DNA of 64,000 nucleotides from NCBI GenBank assembly GCA_963795695.1, contig CAWCJH010000002.1:701241-765240 (forward strand), written 5' to 3'. The stretch comes from Vulcanimicrobiota bacterium (GTDB lineage Bacteria; Vulcanimicrobiota; Vulcanimicrobiia; Vulcanimicrobiales; Vulcanimicrobiaceae). The notes beneath the pieces are model-generated. The model ran no database searches, was not told where the DNA came from, and saw only the letters and a program-made list of their open reading frames with translations. This document shows, piece after piece, positions 38,171-47,638 of the stretch (positions are counted from its first letter, which is position 1; the number at the start of each line of letters is the position of its first letter). Both the position numbers and the translations under genes were made by a program.

Positions 38171-38632
38171 GTGGTCGAGGACTATTCGACTCCCGAGCGG
38201 TACTTCGATGCCTCCAAGGAGCGTTTCGCCGGCGCAGGCTCTTGCTATGGGGCGCGAGACTTCGGAACGGCCCTGTATCTCGCCGGGTTGTCGATCGAAG
38301 CGGCGCTCATGGCGTTCGTCGGGACCGAAGTGCTCGGCGGGATTCGGGCAGCACACAGCTTCGTATTGCTCGCAAACAATGGTCTTGCGAAATTGATCGA
38401 AGAGCCCGAGGATAGTGCTAGACTGACCATCGCTTTGACGTCCGCGCAGCTTCGCTGGAAGAACGTATATCGTTATTATCCAGCTTCGTACCTTGCCGGG
38501 CTCGTGAACACGAAGGAGAAGCGGCGGGGGCTGATCGCCCCGTACGAAAAGTCTGCTAGTAATCGCGTCATCGGAGACGCGCAGACCGTGGGTCTTCTTG
38601 CTGACCGCATGTGGGAAAAACGAAATGGATGA
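38171..38632 (+). CDS. hypothetical protein, HEPN-like (tentative), in a low-GC islet
   Basis: About 153 aa. Local GC is about 55-58% against about 72% in flanking genes. Helical pattern ...ALYLAGLSIEAALMAF...RAAHSFVLLANNGL resembles HEPN. GTG start at 38171 is uncertain. Confidence 0.4.
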   Translation: MVEDYSTPERYFDASKERFAGAGSCYGARDFGTALYLAGLSIEAALMAFVGTEVLGGIRAAHSFVLLANNGLAKLIEEPEDSARLTIALTSAQLRWKNVYRYYPASYLAGLVNTKEKRRGLIAPYEKSASNRVIGDAQTVGLLADRMWEKRNG

Positions 38633-38867
38633 AGTACTCGACCGATTGTTACACGAATGGTATCCCGATTCGCGTGTCGACGTGACGCCGCTCGGCAATG
38701 GCCGTGTGAGCGCCGTCGTCACGTCGAGCGCATTCGACGGCTGTGATTTTGCGGAGCGCCAGCGTGACATCTGGCGCCGCCTGCGCGCCGAGCTAGGGTC
38801 CCGAGCTACCCAGGTCAGTACCGTCTATGCCGTGACACCGGCAGAAGCGGCGGATATTCTGACGTGA
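38625..38867 (+). CDS. BolA-like small protein (tentative)
   Basis: 80 aa. ...RVSAVVTSSAFDGCDFAERQRDIWRRLRAELG...VYAVTPAEA resembles BolA (...VVLVSDRFtG...RHRMIYstLaeEL...HALalhTyT.eEW). ATG at 38625 is preceded by GGGAAAAA. Confidence 0.45.
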   Translation: MDEVLDRLLHEWYPDSRVDVTPLGNGRVSAVVTSSAFDGCDFAERQRDIWRRLRAELGSRATQVSTVYAVTPAEAADILT

Positions 38868-39367
38868 CGACGCCGAACATCTCCGTCGACGGGACGCCCG
38901 CGACGGAGGGTTATCCGCACGCCATGGACGTCTTCCGGCGCATGGACGGGCTCGAGGCGCTCGAGCTGATGCAGCGCGGCGAGGTGCCGCCGACCAACAT
39001 CACCCGCTGGATGAACTTCTCGCTCGAGACGGTCGAGCGCGGGCACGTCGTGTTCGCCATGACCCCGCACGAGGAGCTCTACAACATGATCGGCTCGGTC
39101 CACGGCGGGATCATCACGACGCTGCTCGACAACGCGCTCGGGACCGCGGTCCAGTCGCTGCTGCCGGCCGGCCGGGTCGCGACCACGATGGACCTGCACA
39201 CGCGCTTCCACCGCCCGGTCACCGCCGCGGTCGGCAAGGTCTTCGCCGACGCGCGGGTCGTGCACGCCGGCCGCCGCACCGCCACCTCCGAGGCCAAGCT
39301 GGTCGACGCCGCCGGCCGGGTGTACGCGACCGGGACCTCGACGCTGATGATCCTCGAAGACCGCTAG
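38864..39367 (+). CDS. PaaI-family hotdog-fold thioesterase
   Basis: GSVHGGIITTLLDNALG motif. 167 aa. Confidence 0.8.
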   Translation: MTTPNISVDGTPATEGYPHAMDVFRRMDGLEALELMQRGEVPPTNITRWMNFSLETVERGHVVFAMTPHEELYNMIGSVHGGIITTLLDNALGTAVQSLLPAGRVATTMDLHTRFHRPVTAAVGKVFADARVVHAGRRTATSEAKLVDAAGRVYATGTSTLMILEDR

Positions 39368-39391
39368 CGACGGGAGCACCTGCTCGGCGGG

Positions 39392-41296
39392 ATGAACGAG
39401 GACGGGGTGGCCAGCGACCGCATCACCCACCCGCTGTACGAGGAAGCGCGGGCACACCCCGAGACGCTCTTCCCGGTCGTCGTGCGCATCCGCACCTACC
39501 CGGCCAACATCGTCGCGGCGAAGGCGGGCGAGCCGACCCAGGCCGAGCGCGACGCCGCGCTGGCGGCAGGGTACCAGGCCGTGTCCGCCCGGCTCGCGGC
39601 GGTCGAGAACGCGCTCGCCGCGATCGGCGCGAAGCCGCCCCGCTGGAGCGGCCGCGAGAAGCACGTACCGTACCTCTACGCCGAGCTGAGCGGGGCGCAG
39701 ATCTGCGCCCTCGACGAGGCGCTGCCGCCCGACGTGCCGGCCGAGATCGGCCGCGGGCGGGTCGACGCCGACCACGCGCGGGACTTCGACCCGGCCAACC
39801 TCGTCGGGCGGGTGATCGCCGAGCCGCTCGCGACCGAGGTCTTCAACGACCCGACCGTCTGCCACGACGTCATCATCGTCATCTCGGAGAGCCACCCCGG
39901 CGGGCGCGACGCCGCGCGCGCGCAGATCGCGCGTGCGCTCGACCTGATCAAGACCCGCATTCCCGGTCTGGACTACCGCGACCGTCCCCACGCCGCGAAT
40001 CCCTACGTCTTCGCCTATCTCAGCGGCGAGCAGATGCTGGCGCTGCTCGAGCTGGATGGGAGCGGGTACTTCGGCGAGCGCGCGATCTTCCGCATCTGGG
40101 AGGACACCCAGGTGCAGGCGCTCATCACGCGCTCGATCGCGACGGTCAAGGCGGACGCGGCGCAGACGGCCTTCGCCGCGGTCGGCACGGGGATCGTCTG
40201 GGCGGTGCTCGACTCGGGCATCGATGCCACGCACCCGCACTTCAAGCTCTACAACAACCTGGTGCCGAGCAAGCCGCTGGTGCACCGCAACTTCGTCACC
40301 AAGCTGACCGACGCCGACGCGACGGTCGACAAGTTCGGCCACGGCACGCACGTCGCGGGGATCATCGCCGGCGCCTGGCCGGTGCAGCCGTCGGAAGAAA
40401 CGGTGGAGCCGCCGCCGCCCGACCCGAGCGCGGCGGAGGTTGGGCCGCGGCCGGTGGTGCTGCGCACGGCCCGCAACGAGGCCGGCGCGGAGGAGCGCTC
40501 GCTGGAGGCGCTGCCGACCATCGCCGGGATGGCCCCGCGCTGCAAGCTGCTCAGCATGCGCGTCCTCGACGACTTGGGCACCGGGCAGGTGTCCTGGATC
40601 ATCGACGCGCTCGACGAGATCCAGCGCCTGAACGACTACGGCCGCACGATCGTGGTCCACGGCGTGAACCTGAGCGTCGGCTACAACTTCGACGCGAAGT
40701 GGTTCGCCTGCGGGCAGAGCCCGCTGTGCGTGGAGGTCGACCGCCTCGTGCGCTCGGGCGTGGTGGTCGTCGCGGCGGCCGGCAACTCCGGCTACGGCTA
40801 CGTCAACACGGCCTTCACCAACGCCTGGGCGATGGGGCTGCCGATGACGATCAACGACCCGGGCAACGCCGACCTCGCGATCACCGTCGGCTCGACCCAC
40901 AAGGACGCCCCGCACCGCTACGGCATCTCGTACTTCTCCTCCAAGGGCCCGACCGGCGACGGCCGGATGAAGCCCGACCTGGTCGCGCCGGGCGAGCGGA
41001 TCGTGTCGTGCGCCTCGGCCCAGAGCCGCAAGCCGGCCACCGTCGCGGCGGCCTCCGGCGGCACCGTGACCGCCACCCCCGCCGCCTACACCTACAAAGA
41101 GGACTCCGGTACGAGCATGGCCGCGCCGCACGTCTCGGGGCTGGTCGCGGCGTTCCTGTCGATCCGCGGCGAGTACATCGGCCAGCCCGAAACGGTCAAG
41201 CAGCTGTTCGTGTCCAACGCGACCGACCTGCGGCGCGACCCGACCTATCAGGGTGCGGGTCTGGTCGACCTGATGCGCACCATCCAAGCCGTCTGA
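39392..41296 (+). CDS. S8-family (subtilisin-like) serine peptidase with an uncharacterised N-terminal domain of about 230 aa and no signal peptide
   Basis: Asp (VLDSGIDATHPHF), His (HGTHVAGIIAG) and Ser (GTSMAAPHVSGLVAAF) catalytic motifs. No hydrophobic leader. Confidence 0.85.
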   Translation: MNEDGVASDRITHPLYEEARAHPETLFPVVVRIRTYPANIVAAKAGEPTQAERDAALAAGYQAVSARLAAVENALAAIGAKPPRWSGREKHVPYLYAELSGAQICALDEALPPDVPAEIGRGRVDADHARDFDPANLVGRVIAEPLATEVFNDPTVCHDVIIVISESHPGGRDAARAQIARALDLIKTRIPGLDYRDRPHAANPYVFAYLSGEQMLALLELDGSGYFGERAIFRIWEDTQVQALITRSIATVKADAAQTAFAAVGTGIVWAVLDSGIDATHPHFKLYNNLVPSKPLVHRNFVTKLTDADATVDKFGHGTHVAGIIAGAWPVQPSEETVEPPPPDPSAAEVGPRPVVLRTARNEAGAEERSLEALPTIAGMAPRCKLLSMRVLDDLGTGQVSWIIDALDEIQRLNDYGRTIVVHGVNLSVGYNFDAKWFACGQSPLCVEVDRLVRSGVVVVAAAGNSGYGYVNTAFTNAWAMGLPMTINDPGNADLAITVGSTHKDAPHRYGISYFSSKGPTGDGRMKPDLVAPGERIVSCASAQSRKPATVAAASGGTVTATPAAYTYKEDSGTSMAAPHVSGLVAAFLSIRGEYIGQPETVKQLFVSNATDLRRDPTYQGAGLVDLMRTIQAV

Positions 41297-41321
41297 GCCC
41301 GGGCTTTCGAGAGGAGCGAGC

Positions 41322-42719
41322 GTGGCGACATATCCCTTCCAGACCGTCGAGGTCCCGTTCGACGCGAGCGGCGCGCTGGCGCAGTTCGCGACCGTCCCCG
41401 CCGACGGCAAGCAGGACGCGCTGCTCGCGCTCGCGCGCGGGGCCGACGACCTGATCGTCATCTCGCACGGCTGGAACAACAACGAGACCGAGGCGCGCGC
41501 GCTCTACACGGGCTTCCTCGGCAGCGCGGCCGCGGTGTGGGACAAGGCCGGCTTCACCCCCGCGCAGCTCGCGCGCACCGGCGTGCTGGCCGTCTTCTGG
41601 CCCTCGAAGAAATTCGACGAGGGCTCGATCACCACGGCGGCGCCGGGCGCGGGCGCGGCGGCGCTCGGCGAGGGCGATCCCGAGGCAGCCGCGGCGGAAG
41701 CCGACGCGCGCCTGCGCCTGCAGATCGCCGAGCTGCGCGGCACCGTCTCGCCCGAGCTGCAGGCCGCGCTCGACGCCGCGCTGGCGCAAGTGGCCGGGCT
41801 CGACGCGAGCAGCGACGCGCAGGACCAGTTCGTCGCCGCGCTGGCGCCGTTCTTCGCCCCCGGCAGCGAGCCCGACCCGGCGCTCGACAACGCCGCGGCG
41901 GGCATCAGCGAGGGCAAGAGCGGCAGCGCGGTGCTGGCCGACGTGCGCACCCAGCTCGCGACCGGCTCGGTCGACGTGCCGGCCGGCGGCGGGGGCGGCG
42001 CGGCCGCGATCGGCGACGCCGACCCGTCGCTGCCCGCGGGCGGCGGCGCGGCCGGCTTCAACCCCTTCGCGACGGTCAAGGACGCGGCGCTGATGCTGCT
42101 CAACGTCACGACCTACTACACGATGAAGGAACGGGCCGGCACGGTCGGCCGGACCGGCGTGAAGACGCTGCTGGCGCAAGCGTTCGCCGCGAACCCGAAC
42201 CTGCGCGCGCACCTGGTCGGCCACAGCTTCGGCGGCCGGCTCGTGACCTCGCTGGCCAATGCGCTCGACGCCGGCACGCAAGCGCGCACGCTCACGCTGC
42301 TCGAGGCGGCCTACTCGCACTACGGCCTCTCGGCCGACTTCCGCGGGCGCGGGCCGGGCGCGTTCCGCCACATCATCGACGGCAAGACGGTGCGCGGCAC
42401 GATCTCGATCACCCACAGCGTGCACGACTGGGCGGTCGGCCTGGCGTACCCGATCGCCTCGGCCATCGCGCACCAGACCGGCGCGGCGATCGGCGACGCG
42501 AGCGACCTGTACGGCGGGATGGGCCGCAACGGCGCGCAGGAGACCGCCGAGGCGTTCGACGACACGCTGCTCGCCGCCCAGACTCCGTACGGCGCGTTGC
42601 CGGCCGGCAAGTCGGTCCGCAACCTCGACGGCGACGCGATCATCACCAGCCACGGCGACGTGGCGCGGGTCGAGACCGCCTGGGCCCTGCTCGACGCGAT
42701 GGCGAAGGACCGCGCTTGA
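41322..42719 (+). CDS. alpha/beta-hydrolase-fold protein with a GHSFGG nucleophile elbow and a long Ala/Gly-rich insert
   Basis: VGHSFGGRL matches the GxSxG motif. Downstream catalytic His/Asp candidates (SHGDVA). 26-nt gap to the S8 gene on the same strand. Confidence 0.6.
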   Translation: MATYPFQTVEVPFDASGALAQFATVPADGKQDALLALARGADDLIVISHGWNNNETEARALYTGFLGSAAAVWDKAGFTPAQLARTGVLAVFWPSKKFDEGSITTAAPGAGAAALGEGDPEAAAAEADARLRLQIAELRGTVSPELQAALDAALAQVAGLDASSDAQDQFVAALAPFFAPGSEPDPALDNAAAGISEGKSGSAVLADVRTQLATGSVDVPAGGGGGAAAIGDADPSLPAGGGAAGFNPFATVKDAALMLLNVTTYYTMKERAGTVGRTGVKTLLAQAFAANPNLRAHLVGHSFGGRLVTSLANALDAGTQARTLTLLEAAYSHYGLSADFRGRGPGAFRHIIDGKTVRGTISITHSVHDWAVGLAYPIASAIAHQTGAAIGDASDLYGGMGRNGAQETAEAFDDTLLAAQTPYGALPAGKSVRNLDGDAIITSHGDVARVETAWALLDAMAKDRA

Positions 42720-42744
42720 CCGCGACGCTGCCGGTCGATCCCGC

Positions 42745-43629
42745 CTGAAGCCCGCCACCCTGGGGCGGCTCGCCCGGCTGACCTACGCCAAGTGGACGCA
42801 GGACGACGGCTGGATCTACGCCGCCGCGATGGCCGCGTTCGGCGCGCTGGCGCTGGGGCCGCTGCTGGGCGGCGCGCTGCGCTTGGCCGAGGCGCTCGGC
42901 GAGAAGCGCACCGTGCAGCACCAGCTGGCGGGCGTGATCGACCCGTTCGTCGGCCACGGGGCCGTGCGCGCGCTCGACGGCGTCGTGCGCCGCGGCGACG
43001 CGGCGGCCAACGGCCTGCTGGCCGAGGTCCTGGCCGTCGCGGTCGCGCTCTTCGCCGGCTCGCGGCTGTTCTACGCGCTCCAGCGCGCGCTGCACGTGAT
43101 GTGGCGGACGCCGCTGCGGGGAGCCACCGCGCTCGGCTCGACGATCGCGTCGTTCTTCGCCGCGGGCGTGCTCTCGGTGTGCGTGATCGGCGGCCTGACG
43201 GCGGTGATCTTCGGCAGCGCAGCGTTCGCGGCGGCGGCCCGCGGCGCCAGCGTCCACGGCGGCCTCGCGACGCTCGGCGTGCGGGTCGGGGTGGCGGTGC
43301 TCGGGGCGCTCGTCCTCGCGCCGGTCGTCGCGGCGCTCTTCCGCTGGCTGCCCGGCGTGCACCTGACCTGGGGCGACGTCTGGATCGGCGCGCTGACGAC
43401 GACGATCGGGTTCGCCGGCGCGCAGCTCGCGATCGGCACCTACCTGCAGTTCGTCGACCTGCCCTGGACCTACGGCAGCGCCGCCTCGGTGGTCGTCGTC
43501 CTGCTCTGGCTGTACTACTCCTCGTACGTGTTTCTGCTGGGCGCGGAGTTCACGATGGTCTATGCGCGCGAGGCGGGCTCGCTGCGCGCGCGCGCGCCCG
43601 GTCCGTCCGGCAGCTCGCCGCCGAGCTAG
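42745..43629 (+). CDS. YihY/BrkB family inner-membrane protein
   Basis: KWTQDDGWIYAAAMAAFGALALGPLL and C-terminal LLWLYYSSYVFLLGAEF are family hallmarks. No ATG, GTG or TTG is available upstream without a large overlap. The placed start is CTG at 42745, which is highly uncertain. Confidence 0.6.
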   Translation: MKPATLGRLARLTYAKWTQDDGWIYAAAMAAFGALALGPLLGGALRLAEALGEKRTVQHQLAGVIDPFVGHGAVRALDGVVRRGDAAANGLLAEVLAVAVALFAGSRLFYALQRALHVMWRTPLRGATALGSTIASFFAAGVLSVCVIGGLTAVIFGSAAFAAAARGASVHGGLATLGVRVGVAVLGALVLAPVVAALFRWLPGVHLTWGDVWIGALTTTIGFAGAQLAIGTYLQFVDLPWTYGSAASVVVVLLWLYYSSYVFLLGAEFTMVYAREAGSLRARAPGPSGSSPPS

Positions 43630-43633
43630 CCGC

Positions 43634-45055
43634 TCACGCCGCCGCGGCCGGCCGGCGGCGCTCGCGCGCGAGCAGCACCAGCAGCGCGCCGGCGCCGGCC
43701 AGCGCGGCGGACACGATCGTCGCGAGGTTGTTGCCCTGGGCGAGCACGTGGTCCGGTGCGCCGGCCGCGTGGCTGGACGCGACCACCGCGACCACGATCG
43801 CCACGCCGATCGACGAGCCGACGTAGCGCGCCGTGTTGTTGGCGCCCGAGCCCATGCCGCCGCGACCGGGCGGGACGCTCTCGACCGCCAGGCGCGCGAG
43901 CGCCGCGTTGAGCAGCCCGCTGCCCAGGCCCGCGATCACCAGGCCCGGCGCGAGCCGGAACCACGCGCTCTGCTCGCTCATGCCGAGCATCGCCACCTCG
44001 CCGAGCGCGCACAGCAGCATGCCCAGCGCGAGCTGGTGGCGGCTGCGCAGGTGGGGCGCCAGCCGGCGCGCCTCGAGCGCGACGACGAACGACGTGCCGG
44101 ACCAGATCGCCAGCACGGCGCCGGCGCCCAGCGGGGCGAGGTGCAGCGAGCGCTCGAGCACGGTCGGCAGGTAGCTCATCAAGCCGATGATCGCCAGACC
44201 CGTGAACAGCGCGCCCAGGCTGGCGGCGACGAAGGCGGGACTGCGCAGGAGCGAGAGGTCCATCATCGGCTCGCGCGCGCGCGCCTCGACCGCGACGAAC
44301 GCCGCCAGCAGCACGACGCTGCCCGCGAAGAGGCCCAAGACGTGAGGCTGGCCCCAGCCGAGGCGGCCTTCGATCAGCGCCGCGAGCAGCAGCGTGACGC
44401 CGAGCGAGAACGTGAGCACGCCCGGCACGTCGATCCGGCGCGGCGCCGCGCTGCGCGACTCCGCCAGGCGCAGCGCGCCGAGCAGCACCGCGACGGCCGC
44501 GGCGCCGATGACCCAGAACACCGCTCGCCAGCCGGCCACCTGCGCGAGCGCGGCGGAGAACACCGGCCCGATCGCGATCCCCAGGCCGACCATCGCGCCC
44601 CAGATGCCGGTCGCGCGAATCCGGTCCGGCCCGGTCGGGTACGCGTCGCCGATCAGCCCAAGGCTGGCGGCGGTCAGGCTCGCGCTCGCGCAGCCCTGCA
44701 CGATCCGGGCCACGACCAACAGCCAGGTGGAGTTCGAGAGGGCGCAGGCCAGCGTGGCCGCCGCCATGACCGCCGTGCCGATGACGAACACGCGCTTGCG
44801 GCCGTAGTCGTCCGCCAGGCTGCCGGCGGTGAGCAGCAGCGCCGCGAGGCCCAGACTGATGCCGCTGAGGATCCAGATCTGGCCGCTCAGCGAGGCGTGC
44901 AGCGAGGTCGCGATCGGCGAGAGCACGGTCATCGGCGCGGTGTAGTTGATCAGCACCAGCAGCGTCGCCGCGCTGGCCACGACCAGGGTGACCAGCGCGC
45001 TCGGCGCGTGCGGGTCGCTGCGCGATTCGCAGACCGGGAGGGTGGCTGAGGCCAT
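43634..45055 (-). CDS. MFS transporter (DHA2-like, 14 TMS)
   Basis: 14 hydrophobic helices. MFS motif GxLaDrxGrkR (LADDYGRKRV). Confidence 0.8.
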   Translation of the reverse strand: MASATLPVCESRSDPHAPSALVTLVVASAATLLVLINYTAPMTVLSPIATSLHASLSGQIWILSGISLGLAALLLTAGSLADDYGRKRVFVIGTAVMAAATLACALSNSTWLLVVARIVQGCASASLTAASLGLIGDAYPTGPDRIRATGIWGAMVGLGIAIGPVFSAALAQVAGWRAVFWVIGAAAVAVLLGALRLAESRSAAPRRIDVPGVLTFSLGVTLLLAALIEGRLGWGQPHVLGLFAGSVVLLAAFVAVEARAREPMMDLSLLRSPAFVAASLGALFTGLAIIGLMSYLPTVLERSLHLAPLGAGAVLAIWSGTSFVVALEARRLAPHLRSRHQLALGMLLCALGEVAMLGMSEQSAWFRLAPGLVIAGLGSGLLNAALARLAVESVPPGRGGMGSGANNTARYVGSSIGVAIVVAVVASSHAAGAPDHVLAQGNNLATIVSAALAGAGALLVLLARERRRPAAAA

Positions 45056-45070
45056 GGGGAACGTCCTTCT

Positions 45071-46105
45071 CTAGCGGCGGGTCGCCACGAGCGCGCGCAC
45101 GTCGAGCGGCAGCTCGTGCGAGGCTCGCAGCTCGAAGCCGGAACGGGAGAGCAGGCTGCGGTACTCGCTCTCGCTCCGCTCGCCGCCGCCCGCGACCGCC
45201 ATCATGTGCAGGTCGTAGGCCAGCGCCAGCGACCGGCCGTCGACCGGCTCGTCGTCTTCGGGCAGCACGCGCTCGACGACGATCAGCTCGGCGCCGGGCG
45301 GCATCGCGGCGTGGCAGTTGGCGAGCAGCGCCAGGCACTCTTCGTCCTCCCAGTCGTGCAGAATCCGGCCCAGGAGGTAGACGTCGCCGCCGGCCGGGAC
45401 CGACTCGAAGAAGTCGCCGGTCCGCAGGTCGCAGCGGCCTTCGAGCCCCTGCGAGGCGAGCAGCGTGCGCGCGGTCTCGACCACCGCCGGGCGGTCGAAG
45501 AGCACGCCGCGCGCGCCGGGGTGCTTGCGCAGGATCGCGGCGAGCAGCGCGCCGCTGCCGCCGGCCACGTCGACCACCACGCGGGCGCGGGAGAAGTCGT
45601 GCACCTGCGGGACCTGCGAGAGGAACGCGCGCCCGGCGATCATCGCGCGGTCGAAGCGGCGCCCGGTCTCGGGGTTCGCCGCGAAATAGCCGAACATGTC
45701 GGTGCCGAAGACCTTGGCGAAGGCGTACTCGCCGGTCTGCACGTTGTCGAGCACCGTGCCCCACGCCTGGTAGAACTCCTCGCCGTAGAGGATGGCGAGG
45801 TCGTGCATCGACCCCTCGGCGTCGCGGCGCAGCAGCCGCCCGAGCTCGGTGAGCGCGTAGCCCGCGGTGTTGTCGCCTTCCAGCACGCGGATGCCGCGCA
45901 GGAAGTTGAGCAGCCGGCGCAGCGAGTGCGGGTCGGACCCGGTGGCGGCGGCGAGCTGCGCGCCGTTCAGCCGGCGCTCCGCCAGCAGGTCGGCGATCCC
46001 GAGGCGAGCGGCGATGCGCAGCGCCTGGGTGTTCCAGTACCCGACGATCAGCTCCAGCAGCGACCGCTCCGGGCTGGTGGCGAGCGCCGATCCTTCCGCG
46101 ATCAT
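45071..46105 (-). CDS. class I SAM-dependent O-methyltransferase (COMT / plant-type OMT family)
   Basis: N-terminal dimerisation helix. SAM motif VVDVAGGSGALL. ATG at 46105 overlaps the upstream MFS stop as ATGA. Confidence 0.8.
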   Translation of the reverse strand: MIAEGSALATSPERSLLELIVGYWNTQALRIAARLGIADLLAERRLNGAQLAAATGSDPHSLRRLLNFLRGIRVLEGDNTAGYALTELGRLLRRDAEGSMHDLAILYGEEFYQAWGTVLDNVQTGEYAFAKVFGTDMFGYFAANPETGRRFDRAMIAGRAFLSQVPQVHDFSRARVVVDVAGGSGALLAAILRKHPGARGVLFDRPAVVETARTLLASQGLEGRCDLRTGDFFESVPAGGDVYLLGRILHDWEDEECLALLANCHAAMPPGAELIVVERVLPEDDEPVDGRSLALAYDLHMMAVAGGGERSESEYRSLLSRSGFELRASHELPLDVRALVATRR

Positions 46106-47538
46106 GCTTGGCTGCGCACCCAGCGCCGGCTGAGCAGCACGATGCTCAGGAAACAGGCGGCGACGATGCAGAGGTCGATCCGCAAGCCCAGCCCGGCGTC
46201 GGGCAGCGCGAGGAAGGCGCCCAGCAGCGCCACCCCGATCGCCATGCCGAGCTGGCGGGCCGAGTTGAGCACGCCCGAGGCCAGCCCCGACTGCGCCGGC
46301 TCGACGGCGAGGAACACCGCGGCGTTGAGGCTCGGCGAGAAGACCCCGCAGCCGAAGCCGATCAGCGTGGTGCCCGCGATCAGCAGCGGCATGCTGCTCG
46401 GTCCTGCCAGCGGCAACAGGAGCAGCGTGCCGACCAGCGACACGGTGGCGCCGGTCCACAGCAGCCAGCGGGGACCGCGGTGCACGAGCCGGCGCGCCGG
46501 GACGATCGTGCCGAACACCCAGGCCACCGCGAACGGCACGAAGATCATGCCGGTCGTCAGCGCGCTCTCGTGCCAGCGGGTCTGCAGGTAGACCGCGAGC
46601 ATGAACTGCACGCCGTAGCCTCCGAGCTGGAACGCGAAGCCGTTGCTGATCGCGGCGGTGAACGCGCCGCGCCGGAACATGCGCGGCGGCAGCACCGGCT
46701 CGGCGGCCCGCAGCTCGGCCAGCACGAACGCCGCCCCGCAGACCAGCGCCGCCACCAGCAGGCCGATGGTCGAGGCCGCGCCCCAGCCGGCGGCGCCGCC
46801 CTGGATCAGGCCGGCCACCAGGGCCGCCACGGCCAGGATCGCGCTGAGCTGGCCGGCCAGGTCGAAGTGCCGGTTCGGGTTGGCCGGGGTCTCGCGCACG
46901 AAGAGCAGGGCCAGGGCGACCGTGGCCAGGCCGACCGGGACGTTGATCAGGAAGATCGAGCGCCAGCCGAACGCCACGGTCAGCGCGCCGCCCAGCAGCG
47001 GCCCGATGATCAGGCCGGACGCGCCGGTCGCGCCCCAGACGGTGATCGCGCGCGAGCGCTCGACGGTGTCGGCGTAGCTGCGGGCGATGATGGTGAGCGT
47101 GGCCGGCAGCACCGCGGCCGCCGCCGCGCCCTGGACGACCCGGGCGGCGACCAGCACGCCCAGGTTCGGGCTCAGGCTGCAGGCCAGCGAGGCGCCGGTG
47201 AACGCGATCAGGCCCCAGGCGAAGACCCGCCGAGCGCCCCAGCGGTCGCCCATCGCGCCGCCCGAGAGCAGCACCGCGGCGAGCGGAACCGTGTAGGCGT
47301 TGACCGTCCACTGCATGGATGCCAGCGTCCCGTGCAGGTCGGCGCGGATCGAGGGCAGCGCGACGTTGAGCGCGCTGCCGTCGAGCAGGACCATGAAGAA
47401 GGCGATGCAGACCGCCGCCAGCGCCAGGGAGGCGTGGTCGGCGGCAGCCGGCGGGGCGGCGAGGGAGCCGGCCGGGGCGACGCGGGCCCGGGCGGGCCCC
47501 GGCGCGGAACGGAGATCGGGTGAAGGCTTGATGGCCAT
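46102..47538 (-). CDS. MFS transporter (DHA2/EmrB-like)
   Basis: 14 TMS. RBS AAGGAAG lies 10 nt upstream of ATG 47538. Confidence 0.8.
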   Translation of the reverse strand: MAIKPSPDLRSAPGPARARVAPAGSLAAPPAAADHASLALAAVCIAFFMVLLDGSALNVALPSIRADLHGTLASMQWTVNAYTVPLAAVLLSGGAMGDRWGARRVFAWGLIAFTGASLACSLSPNLGVLVAARVVQGAAAAAVLPATLTIIARSYADTVERSRAITVWGATGASGLIIGPLLGGALTVAFGWRSIFLINVPVGLATVALALLFVRETPANPNRHFDLAGQLSAILAVAALVAGLIQGGAAGWGAASTIGLLVAALVCGAAFVLAELRAAEPVLPPRMFRRGAFTAAISNGFAFQLGGYGVQFMLAVYLQTRWHESALTTGMIFVPFAVAWVFGTIVPARRLVHRGPRWLLWTGATVSLVGTLLLLPLAGPSSMPLLIAGTTLIGFGCGVFSPSLNAAVFLAVEPAQSGLASGVLNSARQLGMAIGVALLGAFLALPDAGLGLRIDLCIVAACFLSIVLLSRRWVRSQA

Positions 47539-47603
47539 GGGGCAGAGTCTTCCTTTGCGCGGTCGGCGGTGGCGGAGCCGGCGGTCAGGCGTCAGCGTAA
47601 CAG

Positions 47604-47616
47604 TGTACCAGGTACA
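47604..47616. promoter_or_regulatory. perfect 13-bp palindrome TGTACCaGGTACA upstream of the MFS-OMT-MFS unit (candidate operator)
   Basis: Located 66-78 nt upstream of the MFS start, in the only gap of about 100 bp in the cluster. It shares GGTACAA with the motif near 54318. Confidence 0.35.
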
Positions 47617-47638
47617 ATGTCTACCGCTCGGCGTGCCG

